From: a virus
Lineage: Duplodnaviria; Caudoviricetes
DNA length: 25,590 nt
Virus record (IMG/VR): IMGVR_UViG_3300039070_000060
Coordinates: 1-25,590 of that record
Reading direction: 5' to 3' (one strand)
Part shown: positions 17,673-25,590 of the stretch, in pieces
Position numbering within the stretch: position 1 is the first letter of the stretch
Layout: each line of letters starts with the position of its first letter
The notes under the pieces: model-generated
Told to the model about the DNA's origin: nothing
Seen by the model: only the letters and a program-made list of their open reading frames with translations
The model's database searches: none
Translations under genes and position numbers: made by a program

Positions 17673-20176
17673 GTTTAGACTTTGAAAATATTAATCTAGG
17701 AGCCACAGCGGGCGACAAAACAGGCGATGGTGCAAGGACTGGTGGTGGCAAAATCAATCGTAATTTCGAAAAAGTAAAAGCTTTTTTAGAAACACCAGAC
17801 GCGATATTGGTCCAAACAGGCTATGAATTAGTGGGCCAAAATCTAAACTTTGAAACAGGTTGGAAATGGCGTATTGATGCTGTAGAATATACCAATCCAG
17901 CGGACGTTGTTTTAAATTTTCCTTTGGCTGCATCGGGAAAATCTCGATTGGATTTGGTGGTGCTTACCACTAGCAATACGTTTTTGCGTGTTCCTGGTGC
18001 CGAAAGTACAACAACGCCAGTTGCGCCTTCAACACCTTCAGGTAGTTTGTATGTTACAGTTGTTTTTGTTAGTGATGGCGCTGTAACGCAACCACAACCA
18101 CCCGAAGTAAATGGTGCCTTCGTCCAAAAATCCGAGCGCAATAGCGTTATTCTAACCGGCTCAGGCATCATCAATCAATTAGATCTAGTAGACGAAAAAG
18201 CCACGGTGGTATTCAAAGGAACGGTAACGCGATTGAACACTATTCTATACAACACGATTCACTACAACGGAAAACCATTGCGCTTGATGAACTTGCAAAA
18301 TACGCCAGTCACTATTGGTCATGGAGTTAGCGGTTTTGGTGTGGATTTCGTCTTTCCTGATGGGCAAGATTATGTGTTGGAGCCTAACCAAACGATTGAG
18401 TTTTCATACGATTTGACTTATTTGCCTTATGCGCATCATATGTTTATTGGCAATGTCGCGAAAAAAACAACCAACGTAACCACAGAGCCCAACATTACCA
18501 AAACACTAGCTGCAACAGATGAACACATAGTGTTTTCAAACGCAAATGCAGTGACGTTTACAATCCCTACCAATGCGAGTGTGCCTATACCCGTAGGAAC
18601 CAAAGTGCGTTACACTCAGCAAGGAAATGGAGCAGTAACCGTAGGAGGAGCTGGAATTACGTTTGTGACCAATTTACCTCTAGCAATGGTGAAAGGAGAA
18701 ACCAGGGTGTTGACTAAGATTGGTGTTGATACTTGGGGATTGGAGGGCGGTAGCGATATGGCTACCAATGTTGCTCAGAACGTGACTGCTTTAAAAACAT
18801 TCTTAAACGGAATGTTGGGTTTGAGAAACGTAGCAAACACCATTACATCATTCTTTAGTAATTCAGCCACAGTAGCAAGAACTTGGACTTTCCCTGATAA
18901 GAATGGTACAGTTGCTATGACTTCTGATATTCCTTCTACTGGTTATATATCAGGCGGTATTGCAAACTATATTTCAAAATTCTTAACATCAACAACAGTA
19001 GGTATTAGTAGATTATTTGACAATGGTGTTTTTTTTGGCATTGGAACTTCAAAAACACCGTTAAAGGATTTTACATTAGGAAATCAAAATAATAGAGAAA
19101 TTGGAGTAGAAGAAAGCAGCAACATAACTGAAGGAAGAAATTTAAAAGTGAGCGCTGGAAGAACTATAAATTATGTAGAGAATAGCATATTTAACATGAT
19201 TAGTCCACCTCTTGAATTCTTTTCCTATGGTCTCTGTTCAACTCCTAGTGGAAATATCTATGGCGTAGGGCTTAATAATGTTTTATATAAACAAACATCA
19301 GGTTCTGGATTATTTGTAAATGTTGGCACACCATTTCCAACAAATGCAATTGCTATTTGTTCAGATTCATCTAATAATTTGTATGTAGCAATACAAAATG
19401 GAGATATATACAAGCAAACTAATGAAACTGGACCATTCGTTGCCCTAGGGCAGACACCAAGAGCATGGTTTGGTTTGTGTTCTCTAGGTAGTAATATTTA
19501 TGCTTCTGTTAATAATGGAGATATATATCGACAAACAGGAGGAGTAGGAAACTTTTTAGCATTAGGACAAGTATCAAGAGCATGGGGTAGAATGGCTTCT
19601 TCAAGTACTTCTATATATGCTCTTGCTGGAGCAGCTGGAATCTATAAGCTAACCAACCAAACTGGAAATTTTAACCTACACTCAAGTGCTACATCTGGTG
19701 GAATAGCAATATCTGCCTCTAATGATATTTATATAAATTCTGGCACAGACATGCTTAAACAGACTATTGAAACAGGTGCTTTTGTTTCTACAGGCTCTAC
19801 AGTTACAAATAATGGTATTTGGGGAATGGCTGTACATGCTAATGGTAATATATACGCTGGAGATTTTAGTAAAAATATGTTTGTGTTACAAAACAGTGGT
19901 GCAGGAACAGCAAATCTTAATGGAGGGTCAATGCAGGTGGTAGCTGGCACAGGAAAAGGTAATGGAAAAAGTCGTGTTGAATTCTACACAGGGCAAAAGA
20001 AGCCTTCAGGCACAGATATGCAGGTTGAAACACTCCGAGAATATATCGATGAAAATGGGTATCACGTGTATACGTCTATGCCAATATTTGCAGATAATGC
20101 CGCTGCTATTGCGGGAGGTTTACCTGTGGGGTGTGAGTATCGCACCGCTACAGGTGTGAAAATGATTGTTTACTAA
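17669..20176 (+). CDS. Tail fibre/receptor-binding protein
   Basis: N-terminal INLGATAGDKTGDGARTGGGKINRNF (T4 gp9/gp10-like); RTWTFPDKNGTVA linker; about six YxQT-type repeats; Gly/Thr/Asn-rich. Confidence 0.85.
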   Translation: MSLDFENINLGATAGDKTGDGARTGGGKINRNFEKVKAFLETPDAILVQTGYELVGQNLNFETGWKWRIDAVEYTNPADVVLNFPLAASGKSRLDLVVLTTSNTFLRVPGAESTTTPVAPSTPSGSLYVTVVFVSDGAVTQPQPPEVNGAFVQKSERNSVILTGSGIINQLDLVDEKATVVFKGTVTRLNTILYNTIHYNGKPLRLMNLQNTPVTIGHGVSGFGVDFVFPDGQDYVLEPNQTIEFSYDLTYLPYAHHMFIGNVAKKTTNVTTEPNITKTLAATDEHIVFSNANAVTFTIPTNASVPIPVGTKVRYTQQGNGAVTVGGAGITFVTNLPLAMVKGETRVLTKIGVDTWGLEGGSDMATNVAQNVTALKTFLNGMLGLRNVANTITSFFSNSATVARTWTFPDKNGTVAMTSDIPSTGYISGGIANYISKFLTSTTVGISRLFDNGVFFGIGTSKTPLKDFTLGNQNNREIGVEESSNITEGRNLKVSAGRTINYVENSIFNMISPPLEFFSYGLCSTPSGNIYGVGLNNVLYKQTSGSGLFVNVGTPFPTNAIAICSDSSNNLYVAIQNGDIYKQTNETGPFVALGQTPRAWFGLCSLGSNIYASVNNGDIYRQTGGVGNFLALGQVSRAWGRMASSSTSIYALAGAAGIYKLTNQTGNFNLHSSATSGGIAISASNDIYINSGTDMLKQTIETGAFVSTGSTVTNNGIWGMAVHANGNIYAGDFSKNMFVLQNSGAGTANLNGGSMQVVAGTGKGNGKSRVEFYTGQKKPSGTDMQVETLREYIDENGYHVYTSMPIFADNAAAIAGGLPVGCEYRTATGVKMIVY

Positions 20177-20190
20177 TAATAAAAAATAAA

Positions 20191-20682
20191 ATGAAACTAA
20201 CAGCACCTATTTACAACAGCCCGATCCTTACCGAAGGAAAATTCGAAAATGTATTTATCGAAGAAACGGCAATCACGCTAAAGCGTAAGGATTCTTATTT
20301 GAAGATTGATTTTGATATGTATATCGAAAAAGACAATCAAATCATTACACTAGACAAATCAAGTATTGCTTTTCAAGGCATGAACGATGATGAAACCACC
20401 ACTAACAGAAAATCCACGTTTTTGTTTTTGGACGACCCAGAGGGACAAGAGCCAAGAGGGTTGGTCGATTACTTAACTGAAAATCAAGGAGCGTACCCAG
20501 AGAACTACAAAATGGTAGATTGGGGCTTCCCAAGCTATGAAGATGCTTTGGCGTATTTATCAGGAGGGTCTTTTCAAAGTCCAGAATTGCAACCTATCAA
20601 TGATTTTGTAAAAGCGTGGATTCTCAATACTGTAATCATGAAAGGCGAATATATAGGTGTTCAATTTCAATTTGTAGAGTAA
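20191..20682 (+). CDS. Hypothetical acidic protein, possibly a fibre chaperone
   Basis: 163 aa directly after the fibre gene; function inferred from position only. Confidence 0.7.
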   Translation: MKLTAPIYNSPILTEGKFENVFIEETAITLKRKDSYLKIDFDMYIEKDNQIITLDKSSIAFQGMNDDETTTNRKSTFLFLDDPEGQEPRGLVDYLTENQGAYPENYKMVDWGFPSYEDALAYLSGGSFQSPELQPINDFVKAWILNTVIMKGEYIGVQFQFVE

Positions 20683-21002
20683 TGCTAGGATTACTATTAT
20701 TCATAATCGCCTACGTGCTATACCTGCCACTCACGCTAATCAATTTTTTGTTAGTAAGAGACAAAGGTTATTTCCGTGATTCTGCAATTACGCTAGATAA
20801 ATTGGCTAACCGTGAGTTTAGAACGCTTTGGAACAAAACCCTAATCACCTGGGATGGTTACGATTTTGGCAATGTCAATGAAACTATTTCAAGTGTATTG
20901 GGTAAAAACATCCAAAACGAAACATTAACCAAAACAGGGAAAGTTCTTGTTTTTATATTGTCAAAAAAGCATTGTATCGATGCTATAGATTGGAACGTAT
21001 GA
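20682..21002 (+). CDS. Phage membrane-anchored hypothetical protein
   Basis: ATG 20682 overlaps the previous stop; N-terminal TM; DKLANREF...FGNVNETISSVLGKN...HCIDAI. Confidence 0.75.
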   Translation: MLGLLLFIIAYVLYLPLTLINFLLVRDKGYFRDSAITLDKLANREFRTLWNKTLITWDGYDFGNVNETISSVLGKNIQNETLTKTGKVLVFILSKKHCIDAIDWNV

Positions 21003-21277
21003 ACGAAATAGTATCAGGAATAGTTTCTGCTATTTTTATAGCTTGTGGAGTGATTTATTACAATAATAAATTCGCAAATATTCTTGATGAAAAGCAATTT
21101 ATGGTAAAAGCGCTTTTTATGATTTTGTTTTTGATGATCCTATTGTTTATCTGCGACAATTTATTTTTCGCAAATAGGGATTTATTGAGCAAGGAAGGTC
21201 GCTTGGCACTTTTTGGACTAATCGAAAAATTATTACTAATCATGTTCGGATTTTATTTCGGGCAAAATCAAAGATGA
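20999..21277 (+). CDS. 3-TM membrane protein (holin/antiholin candidate)
   Basis: ATGA overlaps on both sides; hydrophobic; ends MFGFYFG. Confidence 0.65.
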   Translation: MNEIVSGIVSAIFIACGVIYYNNKFANILDEKQFMVKALFMILFLMILLFICDNLFFANRDLLSKEGRLALFGLIEKLLLIMFGFYFGQNQR

Positions 21278-21867
21278 AAACTATAAACATAATTTTAAAA
21301 ACCACTAATATGATGCTCCGAAAATTCCTTTGCGGTATAATTCTAATTGCCGATGCTCAACCTACATTTTTAGAAAAAGTAAAATATTTTGTTACAATAA
21401 TTTTAGCCTTTGCACCAATCGCTTACTGCTTAGATGGAATGAGTTTTTGGTTTAGTAACAATAAGCAGTTTGCAAGTTTTGTGTTGATGGCTATAATTAT
21501 CAATATAGTTGTTGGGGCGGTTTTTCATTGGCGAAATAAGACGTTTTCACAGGAACAATTTTTGGTAAAAAACGGTATAATGATTTCGGTTTTATTGATT
21601 AGTTACGCTTTGCTAGAAATGTTGCACCTGACCATTGGCGACAATGTTTTTTCGGAGTCATTTAGAACCTTAATCCAAATCAGTACGCTTTTATATCCCA
21701 TTTCCAAAACCTTCAAAAACCTATACATTTTGTCCAACAAGCAATTCCCGCCTGAGTGGATCATGGAGCGACTTTACAATTTTGAAAAAACAGGGAATAT
21801 TGATACGATTGTAAAAGGAATTAGTTTAAATGGGGTAAAAGAAAAAGAAGAAAAAATTGAAGTTTAA
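21274..21867 (+). CDS. Holin-like multi-TM protein
   Basis: About 4 TM segments and a charged C-terminus; immediately upstream of the endolysin. Confidence 0.65.
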   Translation: MKTINIILKTTNMMLRKFLCGIILIADAQPTFLEKVKYFVTIILAFAPIAYCLDGMSFWFSNNKQFASFVLMAIIINIVVGAVFHWRNKTFSQEQFLVKNGIMISVLLISYALLEMLHLTIGDNVFSESFRTLIQISTLLYPISKTFKNLYILSNKQFPPEWIMERLYNFEKTGNIDTIVKGISLNGVKEKEEKIEV

Positions 21868-21883
21868 TTTAAAAAAAAAGGCT

Positions 21884-22336
21884 ATGAACGAAATCATTAG
21901 AATTGCAGAAAAAGAAGTGGGTCAAGGCGAAAAGCCTTTGAATACCAATAAAACAAAATATGGAAAATGGTTTGGTTGGGACGGAGTGCCTTGGTGCGGA
22001 ATGTTCGTGTCCTGGTGTTATGCTACGGCGGGTTTTCATTTACCAAAAATTGGATTTACAAAAGGCTTTGCAGGGTGTCAAACCGCAGTGGCTTATTTCA
22101 AAAAAAATAACCAAACCACAACAGAACCGAAAGAAGGGGATATTGTCTTTTTTGATTGGAATAAAGATGGGCGTTATGACCACACGGGAATCTTTGTCAA
22201 ATGGGTTGATAATAACACTTTTGAAACAATTGAAGGCAACACGGCTGTTGGTAATGATAGTAATGGCGGTACTGTAATGAAAAGAAAAAGAGACAAAACA
22301 AAAGCAAATGTTTTGTTTGTAAATGTTCCAGTCTGA
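21884..22336 (+). CDS. Endolysin, CHAP domain
   Basis: PWCGMFVSW (Cys), PKEGDIVFFDW, DHTGIF (His), TIEGNT. Confidence 0.93.
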   Translation: MNEIIRIAEKEVGQGEKPLNTNKTKYGKWFGWDGVPWCGMFVSWCYATAGFHLPKIGFTKGFAGCQTAVAYFKKNNQTTTEPKEGDIVFFDWNKDGRYDHTGIFVKWVDNNTFETIEGNTAVGNDSNGGTVMKRKRDKTKANVLFVNVPV

Positions 22337-22370
22337 TTTACTGCTATTTTTTAATATTAAAAATTGAGTT

Positions 22371-22715
22371 ATGAAAATAAATATAGGAATTGCAGATCAT
22401 AAAAAAGGAGACACCTGGGATGGTATAGAAATTATTGCAACAACAGTTGACGCGATGAATGTTTCAGTTCCTCTAAATCTTACAGGTGCTAGTGTTTTGG
22501 CTGAGTTTAAATTGTTAAACGAAAAGGTAGTTTTTAAGTTTGAAACTTCAGATAATAGTATAGTAGTTTCAGAGCCTTTGCTAGGTAAAATTGTTTTTGC
22601 TCCTAAAAAAATTGACTATCCAGAAGATACCTATTATTTTGATGTACAAGTAACCTATCCAGGTGGTGCAGTTGAAACAATTGTGCCAACGCATAGTTGG
22701 ACCATTTATAAATAG
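22371..22715 (+). CDS. BppU N-terminal-like Ig-fold structural/adaptor protein
   Basis: KGDTW, PLNLTGASV, GKIVF, YYFDVQVTYPGG. Confidence 0.7.
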   Translation: MKINIGIADHKKGDTWDGIEIIATTVDAMNVSVPLNLTGASVLAEFKLLNEKVVFKFETSDNSIVVSEPLLGKIVFAPKKIDYPEDTYYFDVQVTYPGGAVETIVPTHSWTIYK

Positions 22716-22719
22716 AGTT

Positions 22720-23370
22720 ATGGAAGTAGCAATAAATCAAACGGTAAAAAAGTACGATGTAGTCATTAATCAAACAGAAAAAAAGATTAATGTAATAGTT
22801 CAAAATGTAGCGAAGCAAGTTGTTGTGACTATTTCGCCATTGGGTCCGCGTGGTTTTTCTGGTCCGCAAGGTATTCAAGGATTAAAAGGGGATAAAGGTG
22901 ATCCTGGCGATGCAGGTGCACAAGGCCTTCAAGGGCAGCAAGGTAATCCTGGTCCACAAGGAATTCAAGGATTAAAAGGGGATAAAGGTGATGCAGGTGA
23001 GCAAGGTCCACAAGGCCTTCAAGGGGAGCAAGGGGAGCAAGGTAATACTGGTCCGCAAGGAATTCAAGGATTAAAAGGTGATACAGGTGAGCAAGGAATT
23101 CAGGGGTTAAAAGGTGATCCTGGCGATGCAGGTGCACAAGGCCTTCAAGGGCAGCAAGGTAATCCTGGTCCACAAGGAATTCAAGGATTAAAAGGAGATG
23201 TAGGTGAGCAAGGAATTCAGGGGGTAAAAGGCGATACTGGTGCACAAGGTCCAGCAGGAAATACAAATGTTTTTGTGCAACAATCAGATCCTGCGTTATC
23301 AATTCCTTATGTCTGGTATCAAACTGATGCAATGGGTAGTTTAGTTTCAATTTGGATTAATAAAATTTAA
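22720..23370 (+). CDS. Collagen triple-helix repeat protein
   Basis: Long uninterrupted Gly-X-Y run (GPQGIQGLKGDKGD...); ATG at 22720. Confidence 0.9.
   Translation: MEVAINQTVKKYDVVINQTEKKINVIVQNVAKQVVVTISPLGPRGFSGPQGIQGLKGDKGDPGDAGAQGLQGQQGNPGPQGIQGLKGDKGDAGEQGPQGLQGEQGEQGNTGPQGIQGLKGDTGEQGIQGLKGDPGDAGAQGLQGQQGNPGPQGIQGLKGDVGEQGIQGVKGDTGAQGPAGNTNVFVQQSDPALSIPYVWYQTDAMGSLVSIWINKI
22894..23195 (+). repeat. 86-bp exact direct repeat inside the collagen gene
   Basis: 22894-22979 is identical to 23110-23195 (offset 216 nt, in frame). Confidence 0.85.
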
Positions 23371-23372
23371 TT

Positions 23373-24377
23373 ATGGCATTAGAAAACGCACTTGGGGGTT
23401 TAGCATTAGATGCTACGCTTCTATCGATAATCAAAGAAGAAGATTCGGCGCATGTTTCAGGGGATAAAGGAATTGGTTTTTTTGGTATTCGTTCTAATTC
23501 TGATATTCCAACCGCAGGAAATGATGGGGATTACACTTTATTGAAACTAGATGAAGAAGGTCGTTTGAAAGTGGCTTCGAAACCAGCTTCTTTCAATGAT
23601 GTAATCGGCGATATTACAACGATACAAGCTACGATTGGAACGCCTGTTGTTGGCGGAACAGTAATTGCGGATTGTTCTAGAGCGAGTAATGTTATGGCTT
23701 TTTGTACAGGAACGTTTGCAGGTATCAACTGTACTTTTGAAGGTAGTTTGCAAGATACAGGCGAGAACTGGTTTGGTGTTCAAGCGGTGCGAACAAATGC
23801 AAATACGATTGAAACAACAACCGGCGTTTTGGGTGCAATGCCTGCTTACGCTTGGGAAATGTCGGTCAATGCATTAAAACGTGTAAGAGTGAGAGCAACG
23901 GCTCGAACTTCAGGAACGCAATCGTGGCGTTTTACTTTAGGTACTTATGCTACGGAACCAATTCCAGCAGCTCAAGTGACAGCAACACAACCTGTTTCTG
24001 GCTCGGTAACTGTTTCAGGAACTGCAACCAACACGCCCGCAACGCCCACAGCGTCAAATATCAATAGTGCGGCTTCTACCAATGCGGCATTTATAAAAAA
24101 TGCCGCTGGAACAGTTTATGCTATTGTTGCAAGCAATACCAATGCGGCAACTCGATATGTGAAATTCTACAATAAAGCAAGTGCGCCAACATTGGGAACT
24201 GATGTGCCACTGATAACTATTGCAGTGCCTACAAATGGAACCGTATCGGTTAATTTTGGTGCTTTAGGACATCGATTTGCTACAGGTATCGCAATAGCAA
24301 TAACAGCAGGTGCGGCCGACAGTGATACTGCCGTGATCGGGGCAAACGAGGTCAAGGTCTTAACTTCATTTATATAA
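23373..24377 (+). CDS. Putative virion structural protein, beta-rich, two domains
   Basis: Ala/Thr/Gly-rich; EDSAHVSGDKG, TFEGS, VRVRATA; linker TQPVSGSVTV; YVKFYNKASAPT. Confidence 0.7.
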   Translation: MALENALGGLALDATLLSIIKEEDSAHVSGDKGIGFFGIRSNSDIPTAGNDGDYTLLKLDEEGRLKVASKPASFNDVIGDITTIQATIGTPVVGGTVIADCSRASNVMAFCTGTFAGINCTFEGSLQDTGENWFGVQAVRTNANTIETTTGVLGAMPAYAWEMSVNALKRVRVRATARTSGTQSWRFTLGTYATEPIPAAQVTATQPVSGSVTVSGTATNTPATPTASNINSAASTNAAFIKNAAGTVYAIVASNTNAATRYVKFYNKASAPTLGTDVPLITIAVPTNGTVSVNFGALGHRFATGIAIAITAGAADSDTAVIGANEVKVLTSFI

Positions 24378-24379
24378 TT

Positions 24380-24946
24380 ATGATCACGCTAGATTTAATC
24401 TTAAAAAATATAAAGCTGCTAGGAATAGCGGCTTTGATTATATGGGGTGTTTGGATTTATAAAGACTATGAATTCCAAAAATCCGAAAATGATCGTTTAT
24501 CTGAGAATGCAGAACAATTACGAAAAGCCGATAGCTTGCGTTTTTCAACCCAAATTTTAACCGCTAATGAATTAAAACAACATTTTGAGTATGAGAATGC
24601 CGACTTGAAAAACAAGCTCGCAAAAGCTGGAATAAAAACCGATAGGGTTAAAGAAATTGTCACAGTAAAATACAACTACAAAGACACTTTGATAAAAAAA
24701 TATCCAGTTGGTCCTTTTGTCGATAGTTCAAAATGTTTGGTGATTCGGGGTTATGTCGATAGCTCTGGAGTGATCATTCAAAATCGCCAATTCAAAAACA
24801 AAATGGATGCGGTGGCCTATTGGCAAAGGCGCCAATGGTCGTTTCTAGGAATAAAAACAAGGTGGCTAGGTAGAAAAGAAATGACCGCAAAAGTTTTTGA
24901 TGAGTGTGGAGAAAGCAAGGTGATTAAGATTGAAAAAGTGCAGTAA
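24380..24946 (+). CDS. Spanin (Rz)-like membrane protein
   Basis: N-terminal TM followed by a coiled coil; last gene of the late operon. Confidence 0.55.
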   Translation: MITLDLILKNIKLLGIAALIIWGVWIYKDYEFQKSENDRLSENAEQLRKADSLRFSTQILTANELKQHFEYENADLKNKLAKAGIKTDRVKEIVTVKYNYKDTLIKKYPVGPFVDSSKCLVIRGYVDSSGVIIQNRQFKNKMDAVAYWQRRQWSFLGIKTRWLGRKEMTAKVFDECGESKVIKIEKVQ

Positions 24947-25027
24947 ATCACGGCTAAATCTTTACTTTTTTATTGCTAAAAATTAACTAGCATAGTATTT
25001 ATAATACTTTGCAAGTGTATAAAATAC

Positions 25028-25071
25028 GCCTTCTAAGCAGGCGGTCGAAGGTTCGAATCCTTCTGCGTTCA
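25028..25071 (+). tRNA. 3' fragment of tRNA-Arg(TCT), interpreted as the att core (not an intact tRNA)
   Basis: GC-CTTCTAA-GCAGG anticodon loop, T-arm GAAGG-TTCGAAT-CCTTC, acceptor 3' strand TGCGTTCA; D-arm and 5' strand absent. Confidence 0.88.
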
Positions 25072-25076
25072 CTTTT

Positions 25077-25104
25077 AAACCCTTGATTTTTCAAGGGTTT
25101 TTTT
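25077..25104 (+). terminator. Intrinsic terminator-like hairpin after the att core
   Basis: AAACCCTTGA-TTTT-TCAAGGGTTT followed by a T run. Confidence 0.8.
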
Positions 25105-25182
25105 GTTTCTATACTTTTTTGTTTTACTTTTATTGCCACATTTTAAGGATAAATAAGGGGTAAATCACGACAAATTCACGAT

Positions 25183-25590
25183 ATGGTTATTGAAATAAAG
25201 TTGTTGAAAAATAAGACTGAAACACCTGAAGGTTTTCCGCTGGTGGTGGAGGTGGCACACCAAAATAAGCGTAAACAGAAAAAACTATGCTTCTGCAAAG
25301 AAAATCATTTTTTGCCAAATGATAAAATGATTTCAACGAGACATCCGGATTATGATGTGATGGCGCCGATATTGATGGACCTGAAAATAAAAGCCCGAAA
25401 ACTGATTTTGCAAGGTTGCACGGATATTGAAAAAGCCTATACCGAATTATTTCGCATTGATTTTTCGCAAATTGGAATGATGGATCACGTGGAAAAGCTA
25501 ATTGAAGAAATGAAGCAAATGGCGGCTACGTTGTTACTAAAAAAAGACCTAAAGGCAGCCAATAAGATTTTAGGAAACTGCAAGGTGTAC
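25183..25590 (+). CDS. int: Tyrosine integrase, N-terminal part (runs off the window)
   Basis: Open frame MVIEIKLLKNKTETPEGFPLVVEVAHQNKRKQKKL... resembling the Bacteroidota arm-binding domain, next to the tRNA-derived att; catalytic domain is outside the window. Confidence 0.75.
   Translation, partial: MVIEIKLLKNKTETPEGFPLVVEVAHQNKRKQKKLCFCKENHFLPNDKMISTRHPDYDVMAPILMDLKIKARKLILQGCTDIEKAYTELFRIDFSQIGMMDHVEKLIEEMKQMAATLLLKKDLKAANKILGNCKVY

Larger units (their letters stand above)
1..25590 (+). mobile_element. Temperate HK97-like siphophage genome segment (packaging, head, tail, lysis, att, integrase)
   Basis: Co-oriented, tightly packed genes in the canonical terS-terL-portal-protease-capsid-connector-tail-TMP-fibre-lysis order, followed by a tRNA fragment and an integrase. 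Confidence 0.97.

Noticed and set aside
22829-23350. 173-aa minus-strand ORF with repeats
   Set aside because: Antisense shadow of the collagen repeat
17669-24377. Diversity-generating retroelement or invertible fibre shufflon
   Set aside because: No reverse transcriptase, invertase, adenine-variant template repeat or inverted fibre segments were seen
740-24675. Other alternative-frame and minus-strand ORFs in the track (e.g. 1013..1333, 1326..1706, 7026..7391, 17821..18174, 21960..22277)
   Set aside because: They overlap well-supported genes and carry no recognisable motifs, unlike 3004..3705, which supplies a missing MTase motif
25021-25075. Intact tRNA gene
   Set aside because: The D-arm, 5' acceptor strand and most of the 5' anticodon stem are missing; treated as an att core

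Overview
The window is about 25.6 kb of a temperate HK97-like siphophage. The host is probably Bacteroidota (Flavobacterium-like), inferred from A-rich starts without Shine-Dalgarno motifs, a TAnnTTTG promoter motif and the integrase type. All credible genes are on the + strand: terminase small and large subunits, an accessory block, portal, protease, capsid, head-tail genes, tail tube, chaperone with a -1 frameshift, tape measure, tail tip and fibre, holin-like genes, CHAP endolysin, three extra structural-type genes, a spanin-like gene, a tRNA-Arg(TCT) 3' fragment (att core) and the 5' part of a tyrosine integrase. The most unusual feature lies between terL and portal: an integron-like cassette array with two complete ~130-bp attC-like hairpins and a third half site. 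These bound two single-gene cassettes whose ends are inverted complements of each other, and no integron integrase is visible. Cassette 1 is a C5 DNA methyltransferase whose missing motif IX is encoded by a nested +1-frame ORF, like the M.EcoHK31I alpha/beta arrangement. The att fragment sits between lysis genes and integrase, which is attP-like. All product calls come from motif recognition and gene order; no database searches were run.
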